Shown: positions 55,780 through 64,000, counted from the stretch's first letter. The stretch: 64,000 nt of DNA from Terriglobales bacterium (GCA_035652655.1 DASRDJ010000381.1:25102-89101); one strand, 5' to 3'. Numbers and translations are program-made. The notes: generated from the sequence alone by a model not told the origin.

Positions 55780-56510
55780 TGAGGGCTCGGTTTCAAGATC
55801 AGATCGCGGGATAACTTGCCGAGAAGTTGAAGGAAATGAAGTGCCACTGCAGTACCAGCTTTGCTTTTGCCGGCGTGTCGTAAGCCGAACTGAAAGGGAA
55901 TTTCCTTCGCGGATTGAATGCGTCCGCGCACCAGAATTTCTAACAGCAGCTTGAAACCCTTGCTCTCGAATTCGAGCCCGTCAATGGCATCTCTGCGAAC
56001 GATAAAAAAGCCGGACATCGGATCCTTAACACGAATCCCCTTTCGTTGAAAGGGAAGAGTCGCCAAAGTACTCATACGTGAGATCGCAACGCGAATCGGA
56101 TTCCACCCCTTGACACCATCCTTAGCGGCATACCGGCTTGCGATTGCGATGTCACTGCCGTCTGCCATCGCTCCAAGCAAGCCAGGCAGAAGGCTCGGTG
56201 GATGCTGAAGATCTGCATCGATCACTCCGAGCAGGTTTGCGTCGGTGTGGACCCAGCCATGGATTACGGCGCCGGCCAGTCCCTTTTCTTCCTTTCTTGA
56301 CAGAAGTCTTACGTGGGGATCTCTTTGCGCGTAGTTGAGGACGATGTCGGCAGTTGTATCGGTGCTGTTATCGTCGACGACGACGATCTCGTAGGGGAGA
56401 CCGAGTGGCCGCAGGCTGTCGCTCACTTCGTTGAGAAGACGCTCAATATTTCCCGCTTCATTCAATGTCGGTACCACCAGCGCAAGCTTTTCGTTCATAT
56501 CACTGCTCAT
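55776..56510 (-). CDS. GT2 polyprenyl-phosphate hexose synthase (DPM1/Ppm1/GtrB-like)
   Basis: LALVVPTLNEAGNI, YEIVVVDDNSTD, GVIDADLQHPP and FKLLLEIL...EIPFQF..R..GKSK are typical of the dolichol/polyprenol-phosphate mannose (or glucose) synthase family. Confidence 0.88.
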   Translation of the reverse strand: MSSDMNEKLALVVPTLNEAGNIERLLNEVSDSLRPLGLPYEIVVVDDNSTDTTADIVLNYAQRDPHVRLLSRKEEKGLAGAVIHGWVHTDANLLGVIDADLQHPPSLLPGLLGAMADGSDIAIASRYAAKDGVKGWNPIRVAISRMSTLATLPFQRKGIRVKDPMSGFFIVRRDAIDGLEFESKGFKLLLEILVRGRIQSAKEIPFQFGLRHAGKSKAGTAVALHFLQLLGKLSRDLILKPSPQ

Positions 56511-56615
56511 CGTCGAGTAACTCCAACTTCGAGGTACGCTTGAGATGATGACAACCTTTCCTTAAGTTGTTCTGTCTTTGAAGTTCCGTACAGGTTAAGA
56601 AAAAACTACGGTGAA

Positions 56616-57314
56616 CTACTGAGCGATGCTTGATTCTGGCGATTGATTGACGCTGTTATCGCACGATCGAACGGATTGATCTACAGCGCTTTCGAGAATC
56701 CGTCGGTGCACCTCGTCGATTGAACCTGGAGAAATGATTTGCATACGGGGCACGAAACTTCTCAGCGCCAAAAATTCCTGCCGATACTCATGAAGAAAGG
56801 CTAGCGGATATTCGCGCTTGCGCTGAAAGGCGTCGTGTGGCGATGCATCCAACACGAATGCCACATCCGGAGACGGAGCGAGCGTAAAGACTGCCTTGAT
56901 GTATGTGCGCGCTAGCCAATTACGAGACTTTATGTGGACGAGCTGATCGTAACTCCACCGGTCCAGAATGATGAAGTGCGCACCCGATCGCATCTGCCGC
57001 CCTACGACAACGCGAAGATGGAACGCGTCGAGAAGATAAAATGCCGATCGGATGAGCGTCAGATACCAGGCACGAACGTTTTTGTCATTCCGAAGATCAG
57101 CTCCTTCAGACCGGTTGCTATTAGCGAGCAGGCGCAAACTCACTCCAGCTCGAAATCGCGAAAGGATGGCGGCATCGTCCCAGAACGCTACCTGCGCGAC
57201 TTTCCAGCCGCGCGAGGAAAGAGCATCGCGCAAAGCGCCTATCTGCGTGCTCTTGCCGGCGCCGTCGATGCCCGAGAAAGAAATTAGTCGTCCCGCTTGA
57301 GTCGAATTCATCAA
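56616..57314 (-). CDS. P-loop kinase, thymidylate-kinase-like
   Basis: LISFSGIDGAGKSTQIGAL Walker A in the dTMP-kinase context, plus an ILDRW (DR-type) motif. Confidence 0.72.
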   Translation of the reverse strand: MMNSTQAGRLISFSGIDGAGKSTQIGALRDALSSRGWKVAQVAFWDDAAILSRFRAGVSLRLLANSNRSEGADLRNDKNVRAWYLTLIRSAFYLLDAFHLRVVVGRQMRSGAHFIILDRWSYDQLVHIKSRNWLARTYIKAVFTLAPSPDVAFVLDASPHDAFQRKREYPLAFLHEYRQEFLALRSFVPRMQIISPGSIDEVHRRILESAVDQSVRSCDNSVNQSPESSIAQ

Positions 57315-57326
57315 TCTGGGATAGTC

Positions 57327-57836
57327 CTAGGGCGCGCCCGGTGGTTTTGAGGGGCTCCCTTTTGACAATGCAAAAGCGGAGCCGACTGCAACACAGGCTC
57401 CGGCCACCAAGCCAACTTTTATCAATAGTGACCGCCGCTGGCGTTGCTTAGCGGGAGCGATCGCGGCGCCTACCGTTCGGGAGGCAGGCGCGCCTCTCAC
57501 AGTGGGAGCCTTTGCGCCAGCTGCCCCCGAAGGCACCGAACCAGAGTTTTGCGGTTGTGTTGAAGAGCTCTCTGCGCTCTGCTGATTTGACTGCGCAGGC
57601 GTTGGAGCATCCGGTAGTTCACCACCAACCGGAGAGGTTGAAGAATCGCTATTCGCTGCACTCGGGTTGGGTGCAGCAGTTGTGGTTGTTTCATTGGAAG
57701 AAGCCTGCGTCGTCGGCTGAGACGAATCTGTGGATGGTTGTTGACTCTGAGGGAGCGGCTCAGCGGAAACTGCAAGAGTTGTCGACAACAGGAAAACCAA
57801 CAACAGATTGGGAACGCGGCCAAGTCTGGTTGTCAT
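57327..57836 (-). CDS. Ser/Thr/Pro/Gln-rich (mucin-like) type I membrane protein
   Basis: Signal peptide (LLLVFLLSTTLAVSAEP), about 110 aa of S/T/P/Q/A low complexity, a C-terminal TM (LLIKVGLVAGACVAVGSAFAL) and a short tail. Confidence 0.6.
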   Translation of the reverse strand: MTTRLGRVPNLLLVFLLSTTLAVSAEPLPQSQQPSTDSSQPTTQASSNETTTTAAPNPSAANSDSSTSPVGGELPDAPTPAQSNQQSAESSSTQPQNSGSVPSGAAGAKAPTVRGAPASRTVGAAIAPAKQRQRRSLLIKVGLVAGACVAVGSAFALSKGSPSKPPGAP

Positions 57837-57857
57837 TTATTGATCCTTTACGTTGCT

Positions 57858-58232
57858 CTACGCTGCAATCTGTGTCGTCCCCATATCTGAGATGGGCGAC
57901 ATCGCAGACAACGGATGGTCGCTCATCGCTTCCGAAACGGACAGGAAAAGGTCGAGCACAGATGTAAGCTGAGTCAGTTCCAAAATGACGGCTGTCTCCG
58001 GGTTTGCCGCCACGGATACCCGGCCGTCGACATGCTCCACTTCTTCCACGCACTCAAGAAGGAGGTCGATCGTGTCTGCCTTCATCCCCCCGCACGAAGT
58101 CAGATCGACAATCAGACGCGGACGGTAGGATTCCCCTACGAGTTCTTTGACTTCATCCAGGAAAAGCCCGCGGTGCAATTTGCTCTGCCGCTCAGGCAAC
58201 TGCTTCACGATTGTGGGTCCCTTGCCTGTCAT
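57858..58232 (-). CDS. STAS domain protein (anti-sigma-factor-antagonist-like)
   Basis: RLIVDLTSCGGMKADTIDLLLECVEEVEHVDGRVSVAANPETAVILELTQLTSVLDLFLSVSEA follows the STAS/SpoIIAA pattern. Confidence 0.78.
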   Translation of the reverse strand: MTGKGPTIVKQLPERQSKLHRGLFLDEVKELVGESYRPRLIVDLTSCGGMKADTIDLLLECVEEVEHVDGRVSVAANPETAVILELTQLTSVLDLFLSVSEAMSDHPLSAMSPISDMGTTQIAA

Positions 58233-59098
58233 ACACGGTTCCCCCGGTTGTTATCACTTCTTCTCGCTGACAGGTCGACACCGCCGAGATCCACCGTCAC
58301 TTTGCGATCGAGGTGCTCAAAACGTGTCCCATCCACGACGGCGTTCCGAACATTCAACCCTGGCGCAATGTAAGTGTTGGGCAGGATGCTCGCGCATTCG
58401 AGCGAAGTGCCCAGATCGATCTCACAGTTCTCTTCTACCGACGAATATCCGCTGACAGTCACACCGGCGTTCAGCCTGGAATTCGCCCCGACATAACAAG
58501 GTCCTCGAAACTTTACGGAAGGATGAACGACGGCGGTTGGATCAATCCACACGTTGTCGGATGTCGGCAGGCCAGATGGGCGGATGTCACAGCGGCCTTC
58601 CAGGGCGTCTTGCACTAACTTGCGGTACGCGACGGTCGAGGACAAACGTGTGACGTATCCCATGAAGTCATAGCGGGACGGGCGCGGCTTCTCGCCAATC
58701 GTTGAGGGCAGTTCGCGCAACACTGCTCGGCGGTCGAGGAGGCTGATACCCAAGGGACCTTCCGGATCGAAAACTCGCGTGATCGTATGGCGTCCGCCTT
58801 GGTGGAACTGAACCAGATCGGTGAGATCGACTTCGGCATAAGAACCCATGACAATCACGAGGATCTGGTCGATGCCCTCTTTTGCCCAATCAACCATCTT
58901 TTGAACTCGGTCCGGCACCGATACGCCACGATCGACTACCGAGACCATATTCACTTGCAGACTGCGTACGCGGTCGACCCAACGCTCAAGTACAGTCTTG
59001 CCTACAACGGGCCATGCGGAACACCAAGACCTGGCTTCTTCGTTTCCAACTGCGTGCAACGTTGCGCCCTGCGTCACGACTAATGCCCCCAGTTCCAC
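58229..59098 (-). CDS. NDP-sugar pyrophosphorylase-like protein with left-handed beta-helix C-terminus (degenerate active-site signature)
   Basis: Hexapeptide-repeat C-terminus (IDPTAVVHPSVKFRGPCYVGANSRLNAGVTVSGYSSVEENCEI...). The N-terminal signature reads VVTQGATLH instead of the canonical G-x-G-T-R. 4-nt overlap with the STAS gene. Confidence 0.68.
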   Translation of the reverse strand: MELGALVVTQGATLHAVGNEEARSWCSAWPVVGKTVLERWVDRVRSLQVNMVSVVDRGVSVPDRVQKMVDWAKEGIDQILVIVMGSYAEVDLTDLVQFHQGGRHTITRVFDPEGPLGISLLDRRAVLRELPSTIGEKPRPSRYDFMGYVTRLSSTVAYRKLVQDALEGRCDIRPSGLPTSDNVWIDPTAVVHPSVKFRGPCYVGANSRLNAGVTVSGYSSVEENCEIDLGTSLECASILPNTYIAPGLNVRNAVVDGTRFEHLDRKVTVDLGGVDLSARRSDNNRGNRV

Positions 59099-59116
59099 GG
59101 ACTCCCCTCCCCGGTT

Positions 59117-59848
59117 TTACGCGCTTGACCTGGCCGATCCTTCGTGGCCCAAAACAAAGTTCAAGCTCAAATCCACACTTGGTGTGGTTTTCGAAAAGCG
59201 AACTGCAGAAGCAGCAGGCTGCGCTTTTGAAGACTTGCGCATTTGCCTCGTGAAATGACGACGCGAAACGAGACACTCGCGAATTTTTTGCTTAGCCTTG
59301 TGCAACTGTGATTTTGAGTTTCCAACCGAGCAGCGAAGGAGCTTGGCGATTTCGCGATGCCCGTATCCTCCAATCTCATGCAGCTCAAAAATCGTGCGAT
59401 ACCCTGAGGGGAGTGCTTCCAGTGCGCGTGCCAGCGCAATGCGATCCAGCGAGTGATGCAGGCGATCATCCTTTCGCCCGATCTCCCGATGGCAAATTTC
59501 ATGGTCCAGCGGCGCGCCTTCGAGTGTCGCTTTCGAAGACGAGTAACGGCGGAAGTGCATGAGAGCGGTATTAACCGCCACCCGGTGAAGCCAGGTGGAG
59601 AGAGCAGACTCCCCCCGAAAAGTCGAAAGCTTTCGGAAAGCCTGAATGAAGGCTTCTTGAGTGAGGTCGTCAGCGTCTGCGGGATTGTTCGTCATGCGAA
59701 GACAGACGGCATATACACGGCCGCGATGCAACTGAAAAAGAGTTGCGAAAGCCTCCGCCTCGCCGTTCAGTGCCCGTTGAACGAGTGAGGGTTCGGACTC
59801 ACAACCTGTAGCTCGATCCGAGGATTTGCTGCTGTCAGCGATTCTCAC
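59117..59848 (-). CDS. ECF-type sigma-70 family RNA polymerase sigma factor
   Basis: Region 2 DADDLTQEAFIQAFRKLSTFRGESALSTWLHRVAVNTALMHFRR and region 4 YRTIFELHEIGGYGHREIAKLLRCSVGNSKSQLHKAK, plus a C-terminal extension of about 50 aa. Confidence 0.9.
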   Translation of the reverse strand: MRIADSSKSSDRATGCESEPSLVQRALNGEAEAFATLFQLHRGRVYAVCLRMTNNPADADDLTQEAFIQAFRKLSTFRGESALSTWLHRVAVNTALMHFRRYSSSKATLEGAPLDHEICHREIGRKDDRLHHSLDRIALARALEALPSGYRTIFELHEIGGYGHREIAKLLRCSVGNSKSQLHKAKQKIRECLVSRRHFTRQMRKSSKAQPAASAVRFSKTTPSVDLSLNFVLGHEGSARSSA

Positions 59849-60361
59849 GTATTACATCTCCGTGAACGTACCCTACTTCGTCTTCGCTTTGAGCATCTAT
59901 CGGGCTGGCGCCGTATACGCGTAGATGCTTTCCTGTAAGTGGTTTACGTCAAAGCATCCCAGGGGAGATGTACACGTGAAGAGCCTGAAAGCTACAGCAC
60001 TTTCCGGATGGTGAGAAATTTCGTGGAGTCTAATATCGCGCGTGGTGAACCTCTAATGACCCTTCCAGAGACCTTTCCTTTACGGGCGCGAGCCAGTCAC
60101 GTCACTGGTAGACGGCTCGCGTCTCCCGCCTCTCTCTGGATTTAAGGGGCTACTACCGGAGTAGCAGAGTGTTTTCCGAAGGTTTTAGAACCTTCGTGTA
60201 CGTCGATGGTGCGGCGTAACCTTGAGCTTTTCCTGAATCCCCGCCTAGAATCGCGAAAATCCTAAAAGACCGCAACCGTTTGCTCGCCTTCGCTCCGCTC
60301 AAGCAAAGACAGCCTGCGTTGTAGATTTGCTTCGCCCAAGAAGCCGACTGAGGTTTGTTCG

Positions 60362-61945
60362 ATGAAGATGACCGCGATTTTCTTGGTGCTGGGAACGACC
60401 TTCCCCGCGCTTGCGCAAGTTTCTGTGACCGCACCCGCCAATAACAGTCAAGTTGCAACCAGCGTCCAATTTGTCGCTTCAGCTCGCACAGCCTGCGCGA
60501 AGGGTGTTTCTGGCATGGGAATTTATACGGCTCCCAATGTGCTTGCCTATGTGGTCGCCGGTTCCTCTCTCAATACCGAACTCGTACTGGCTCCGGGTAC
60601 CTACCAAACAGTCGTGCAAGAGTGGGACAACTGTGGTGGCGTGGCCAAGGCGAACATCTCGATCGTCGTAAAAGACAACGCGCCCGAAGTTCAGGTGTTG
60701 GCTCCTTCCAACAATGCCACCGTTGCGACGCAGGTCCAGTACACCGCAACCGCCAGGACATCGTGCGCCAACGGTGTTTCGGCGATGGGCGTCTACACCG
60801 CGCCCGGAGTGCTCGCACACGTTGTACAAGGTTCCAGCCTCAACAAAGTCTTAAGCTTGAGTCCAGGCACGTATCAAACAGTGGTTCAGGAGTGGGATAA
60901 CTGCGGTGGCTCGGCATCGACGCCTGTCACGATCAAGGTAGCGGGGGTTTCCTCTGGCGGAAGTGTGCAGGTGTCGGCACCGACAAATAACGCGAACGTT
61001 GCTTCCACCGTGCAATATGTCGCGTCCGCGACGTCGTCGTGCGGCGCGGGAGTAGCTGCCATGGGAATTTACACGGCGCCAGGAGTCCTTGCGTACAAAG
61101 TGAATGGGGGCAAATTGAACACCCTCCTGACCCTGAATCCCGGGACATATCACACCGTTGTGCAGGAGTGGGATCATTGCGGAGGCTCCGCAACCACGCC
61201 GGTTGTGGTCAACGTGGGTGGTGGCGGGACCGTCGGAAAGACCACTCAGTTTTCGAACCTCCAGCAGATGTCAGGTTGGACGGGATATGCTCTTCTGCCA
61301 CCGCTCTATAACATCTGCGACTCTTGCCGCCCGAGCGGTCCGCAAACGACTTGGTCAATGACTCAAGGGATCTCCTCGCCTTCACTATCGGGAAAGGCGG
61401 CTCGGATGGACATCGGGGGGCAAACCGTCTACTCCGACGGACTTTGGAACAACCATTTGGTCGGTGACTTCTCATCACGCGGATTGCCCGACAATGACCG
61501 TTCCATTGTCCCCGCGGTTCACAATTTCACCTACGATGTTTACTTCTACCTCGACGACGTAAGCGTTTCCCAAGCGTTGGAATTCGATATCAATCAGTTC
61601 GTCAACGGACAATCGTTCATCTGGGGACACGAATGTCGAGTTGCTGGGGGCCACGAGTGGGATATTTGGGATAACCCTGGGCAGAAATGGCGCGCAACCG
61701 GAATTCCGTGCAATCCGGTCAGCAATTCGTGGAACCATTTGGTCCTGCAGGCGCAAAGAACCTCGGACAACCACTTGCTGTTCAAGTCGATCACTCTCAA
61801 CGGCCAGACCGGCACCCTGAACTATTACGAGAAGCCCACCCCGACCAACTGGTATGGCATCACCATCAACTATCAACAGGACGGGAACTACAAGCAACAG
61901 CCCTACTCTGTCTGGCTCGACAAACTGACGTTTACATATTGGTAA
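60362..61945 (+). CDS. secreted protein with three tandem Ig-like repeats and a roughly 240-aa C-terminal domain
   Basis: Signal peptide MKMTAIFLVLGTTFPALAQ, then three ~85-92-aa repeats, each containing ...C...G(V/I)YTAP..LA..V.G..LN..L.L.PGTY.TVVQEWD.CGG. Confidence 0.8.
   Translation: MKMTAIFLVLGTTFPALAQVSVTAPANNSQVATSVQFVASARTACAKGVSGMGIYTAPNVLAYVVAGSSLNTELVLAPGTYQTVVQEWDNCGGVAKANISIVVKDNAPEVQVLAPSNNATVATQVQYTATARTSCANGVSAMGVYTAPGVLAHVVQGSSLNKVLSLSPGTYQTVVQEWDNCGGSASTPVTIKVAGVSSGGSVQVSAPTNNANVASTVQYVASATSSCGAGVAAMGIYTAPGVLAYKVNGGKLNTLLTLNPGTYHTVVQEWDHCGGSATTPVVVNVGGGGTVGKTTQFSNLQQMSGWTGYALLPPLYNICDSCRPSGPQTTWSMTQGISSPSLSGKAARMDIGGQTVYSDGLWNNHLVGDFSSRGLPDNDRSIVPAVHNFTYDVYFYLDDVSVSQALEFDINQFVNGQSFIWGHECRVAGGHEWDIWDNPGQKWRATGIPCNPVSNSWNHLVLQAQRTSDNHLLFKSITLNGQTGTLNYYEKPTPTNWYGITINYQQDGNYKQQPYSVWLDKLTFTYW
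60419..61216 (+). repeat. three tandem coding repeats of roughly 270 bp inside the CDS
   Basis: Repeat units start at 60419, 60689 and 60965. Roughly 60-65 percent amino-acid identity by eye, with conserved Cys positions. Confidence 0.85.
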
Positions 61946-62178
61946 AGATAACCGCTGTTTCCACCTACGAAGTGGTGCCGAGAACTCGACACGGACCGGC
62001 GAAAACTAGTCCTCAAAATTGAATCTGGACCTCAGAAAAACCAGGCTTCTAGGCCATTCACCTTAATTTAACGATGGCGGTCTAGGTGTTTCATTCGAGG
62101 CCCATCCGTAATCTACGGTATTAGCAAAATATCAACTACTGTTTTCCCTGCAGGCTTCCACTCCCTTCAAGGACGTAG

Positions 62179-62946
62179 TTGATGAAGCGCTTCTTGGTGC
62201 TGTTGCCGCTCGTTGTGTCGATGATGGGCTGCGGTATGAATTCCGTGAATCGCGCCGCGCCTGACCTTCAGCCTGTAGCCAAATCAACCTCAATAAAGAC
62301 TTATGACATGCTCGCCTGGATGACGATGCAATCCGATCTCAGCAGTGGGCATCACATGGCCGGTTCTGCGAACCCTCTGTATACCAGCCGAGTTGCGAAC
62401 CGGCTCTATTGGACCAAGACTGCCGCCGGCTTCCCTTGGGATATCCAACTCTTTGATAGCAAATACGTTTATCTTTGGGTGACCGAACTCGATTGGCAGA
62501 ATCCGCGCACTTTCAAGGTATTCCATAGCCCCACACTGGGGAAGTACAACCTGCCTCTGGTGCCGAGGCTCGCCACCGCCGGCTATCCAGGTTCGACGGT
62601 GAAGATCAGTGACTCCAGGTATGAGATCCATAGCGACTGCAATACTTTCACGACAAAGAATCTTGGCCACGTCATCAACGAAGTGTGGGGGCCGTACAAA
62701 GAAAGTCTCGGTGGACAACTTCCCAATGATCTCGAAACCCTGGTGATCAGCTACCGATACAGCTGCGACGCAAACTATTCAAATTGCGCGAACAAAGAGG
62801 AATTTCACGTGGCCAAACCTTACGGCTTGGTGAAGTGGCAGCATCAGAGCCTGGGGGCGGACGGGGCCTATAAGACTCCCGACAACGTCACTTATTTCAA
62901 CAGGATAGTATCGGGGCAGACTTCGCCGGTCACGTCCTGCTTCTAA
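62179..62946 (+). CDS. lipoprotein, function unknown
   Basis: Lipobox LVVSMMGC. 255 aa and Trp/Tyr-rich. No motif recognised. Confidence 0.7.
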   Translation: MMKRFLVLLPLVVSMMGCGMNSVNRAAPDLQPVAKSTSIKTYDMLAWMTMQSDLSSGHHMAGSANPLYTSRVANRLYWTKTAAGFPWDIQLFDSKYVYLWVTELDWQNPRTFKVFHSPTLGKYNLPLVPRLATAGYPGSTVKISDSRYEIHSDCNTFTTKNLGHVINEVWGPYKESLGGQLPNDLETLVISYRYSCDANYSNCANKEEFHVAKPYGLVKWQHQSLGADGAYKTPDNVTYFNRIVSGQTSPVTSCF

Positions 62947-62982
62947 ACGACAGATTCGTCAAAATCGCGAAACGCAACGCTC

Positions 62983-63008
62983 GGGGAACGGTCGACCGAC
63001 CGTTCTCC
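62983..63008 (+). terminator. hairpin downstream of the lipoprotein gene (possible terminator)
   Basis: GAACGGTC-gacc-GACCGTTC with flanking G/C pairs, 37 nt after the stop. The following T-tract is weak (TCCTTCATC). Confidence 0.35.
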
Positions 63009-63104
63009 TTCATCATACGGTATTTTCTGTAGGGCAGCTTCTTGCTCTGGGTGCTGAACAACCTTGAGGTGCTGAGTTCCATCCACTGTTCGGGAAGGAA
63101 CTCG

Positions 63105-64000
63105 ATGATGAGTCTGGAATCCGCGAACGGAGTGCTCCAAAAGGTGGGATCGGCGAGGCTGATGGCAAGGTCGCTGAAAGTGGCCGGCCTCATTCTCGCA
63201 ATCTCCTGCACCTTGCTGTCTAGCGAGGCTGTGGCTCAAATTCACGAAATTCAACAGCCCACTTCGACCGCAAATCCGGCAAACGACACTCAGCCACCTC
63301 AGCATCTTAGTCCCTCCGCGAGTCAACCCTCTGTAAAAACCGAAGAGGCTTCCCCTCAAAACAGTGGCGCGGCTCAAAGCGGAGAGTCGGCAGTTCAGGG
63401 AGATGCCGGCCAGTTTGTTTTTCGGAAGCAGGTTGAGGAAGTCGTTCTTCACGCTACGGTAGTGGACCAGCAAAACAACCTCGTGCCTGATCTCGGCAGA
63501 AGTGGTTTTCAGGTCTACGAGGATGGAAAACTTCAGCAGATCACATCCTTTCACCAGGAGCACATTCCGGTGGCGCTCGGAATTCTCATCGACAATTCAG
63601 GGTCGATGTTGCCAAAGCGTGCAGCTGTGAATCACGCAGCACTGAACCTGATTCACTCTACAAATCCCCAGGACGAGATATTCGTCGTTAATTTCGGCGA
63701 GGAATACTACCTCGATCAGGATTTTACAAACGATGAGAACAGGCTTAAGGCTGCGCTGGAACATATTGAGACTCGCGGCAGCACTGCTTTGTATGACGCC
63801 GTGGTGGCCTCAGCGGCACACATGAGGCAGGAAACAAACCTGCAGAAACGCGCTCTCCTGGTTGTCACCGACGGCGGCGACAATGCAAGTCAGGAGACAC
63901 TGGAAGAGGCGGTGCAGGCGCTGCAGCAAAAAGACGGCCCTGTGGTCTACGTCATCGCATTGACCACTCCGGCCAAACGCACTACGTCGACTATGCGTGC
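63105..64000 (+). CDS. VWA domain protein (VWFA-related acidobacterial type), 3-prime truncated by the window edge
   Basis: Open to nt 64000, which is why it is absent from the track. ATG at 63105 after GGAAGGA (alternative ATG at 63162 gives the signal MARSLKVAGLILAISCTLLSSEAVAQ). VWA MIDAS region is LGILIDNSGSM...GSTALYDAV...LLVVTDGGDNAS. Confidence 0.85.
   Translation, partial: MMSLESANGVLQKVGSARLMARSLKVAGLILAISCTLLSSEAVAQIHEIQQPTSTANPANDTQPPQHLSPSASQPSVKTEEASPQNSGAAQSGESAVQGDAGQFVFRKQVEEVVLHATVVDQQNNLVPDLGRSGFQVYEDGKLQQITSFHQEHIPVALGILIDNSGSMLPKRAAVNHAALNLIHSTNPQDEIFVVNFGEEYYLDQDFTNDENRLKAALEHIETRGSTALYDAVVASAAHMRQETNLQKRALLVVTDGGDNASQETLEEAVQALQQKDGPVVYVIALTTPAKRTTSTMR

Noticed and set aside
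62943-63563. 206-aa minus-strand ORF at the 3-prime end of the window
   Set aside because: The plus strand here encodes a clear VWA protein (signal peptide plus MIDAS motifs) that is open to the window edge. The minus-strand product is featureless.
1-64000. Scan for CRISPR arrays, IS elements or inverted terminal repeats, integrases, tRNA or rRNA genes and classical defence cassettes
   Set aside because: I saw no regularly spaced direct repeats, no transposase or integrase-like ORF, no T-loop (GGTTCGAATCC-like) context outside coding frames, and no helicase, nuclease or ATPase gene pairs. This was a by-eye scan, so short or degenerate elements could have been missed.

Overview
The segment looks acidobacterial. 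The evidence is a CarboxypepD_reg-type TonB-dependent receptor, a VWFA-related acidobacterial-type protein at the 3-prime edge, and many orphan receiver proteins. It is moderately GC-rich by eye (not computed). I call about 56 protein-coding genes. I found no rRNA or tRNA, no CRISPR array, no transposase, integrase or prophage genes, and no recognisable defence cassette. Gene content in order: (1) a LacI regulator, then iolB-iolD with an APC permease; (2) a glycan-utilisation block of TonB-dependent receptor, GH30, GH38 alpha-mannosidase and an NPP-type phosphodiesterase; (3) a regulatory islet of stand-alone receivers and tiny helical or zinc-ribbon proteins; (4) two trehalose routes back to back, treZ-treY and DUF5752-treT; (5) a compact four-gene operon of a 40-aa membrane peptide, a 49-aa basic mini-protein, a Pol-beta-type nucleotidyltransferase and a metallophosphoesterase; (6) BON, MscS and TonB genes; (7) a roughly 13 kb divergent envelope-glycan locus, with a GT-C-like membrane enzyme, translationally coupled secreted proteins, a glycosidase-like protein and a nucleotidyltransferase facing a giant TPR plus beta-barrel porin and a PST/Wzx-like transporter with an unusual C-terminal domain; (8) a second operon running from an ECF sigma factor through a degenerate LbH nucleotidyltransferase, a STAS protein, a mucin-like membrane protein and a P-loop kinase to GT2 and GT4 transferases; (9) repeat-containing secreted proteins. 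The best candidates for something undescribed are the divergent glycan locus at 37.7-50.6 kb, the sigma/STAS-linked glycosylation operon at 54.5-59.8 kb, and the small-protein/NTase/phosphoesterase operon at 31.8-33.8 kb. All family assignments come from motif recognition by eye; no database search was run.
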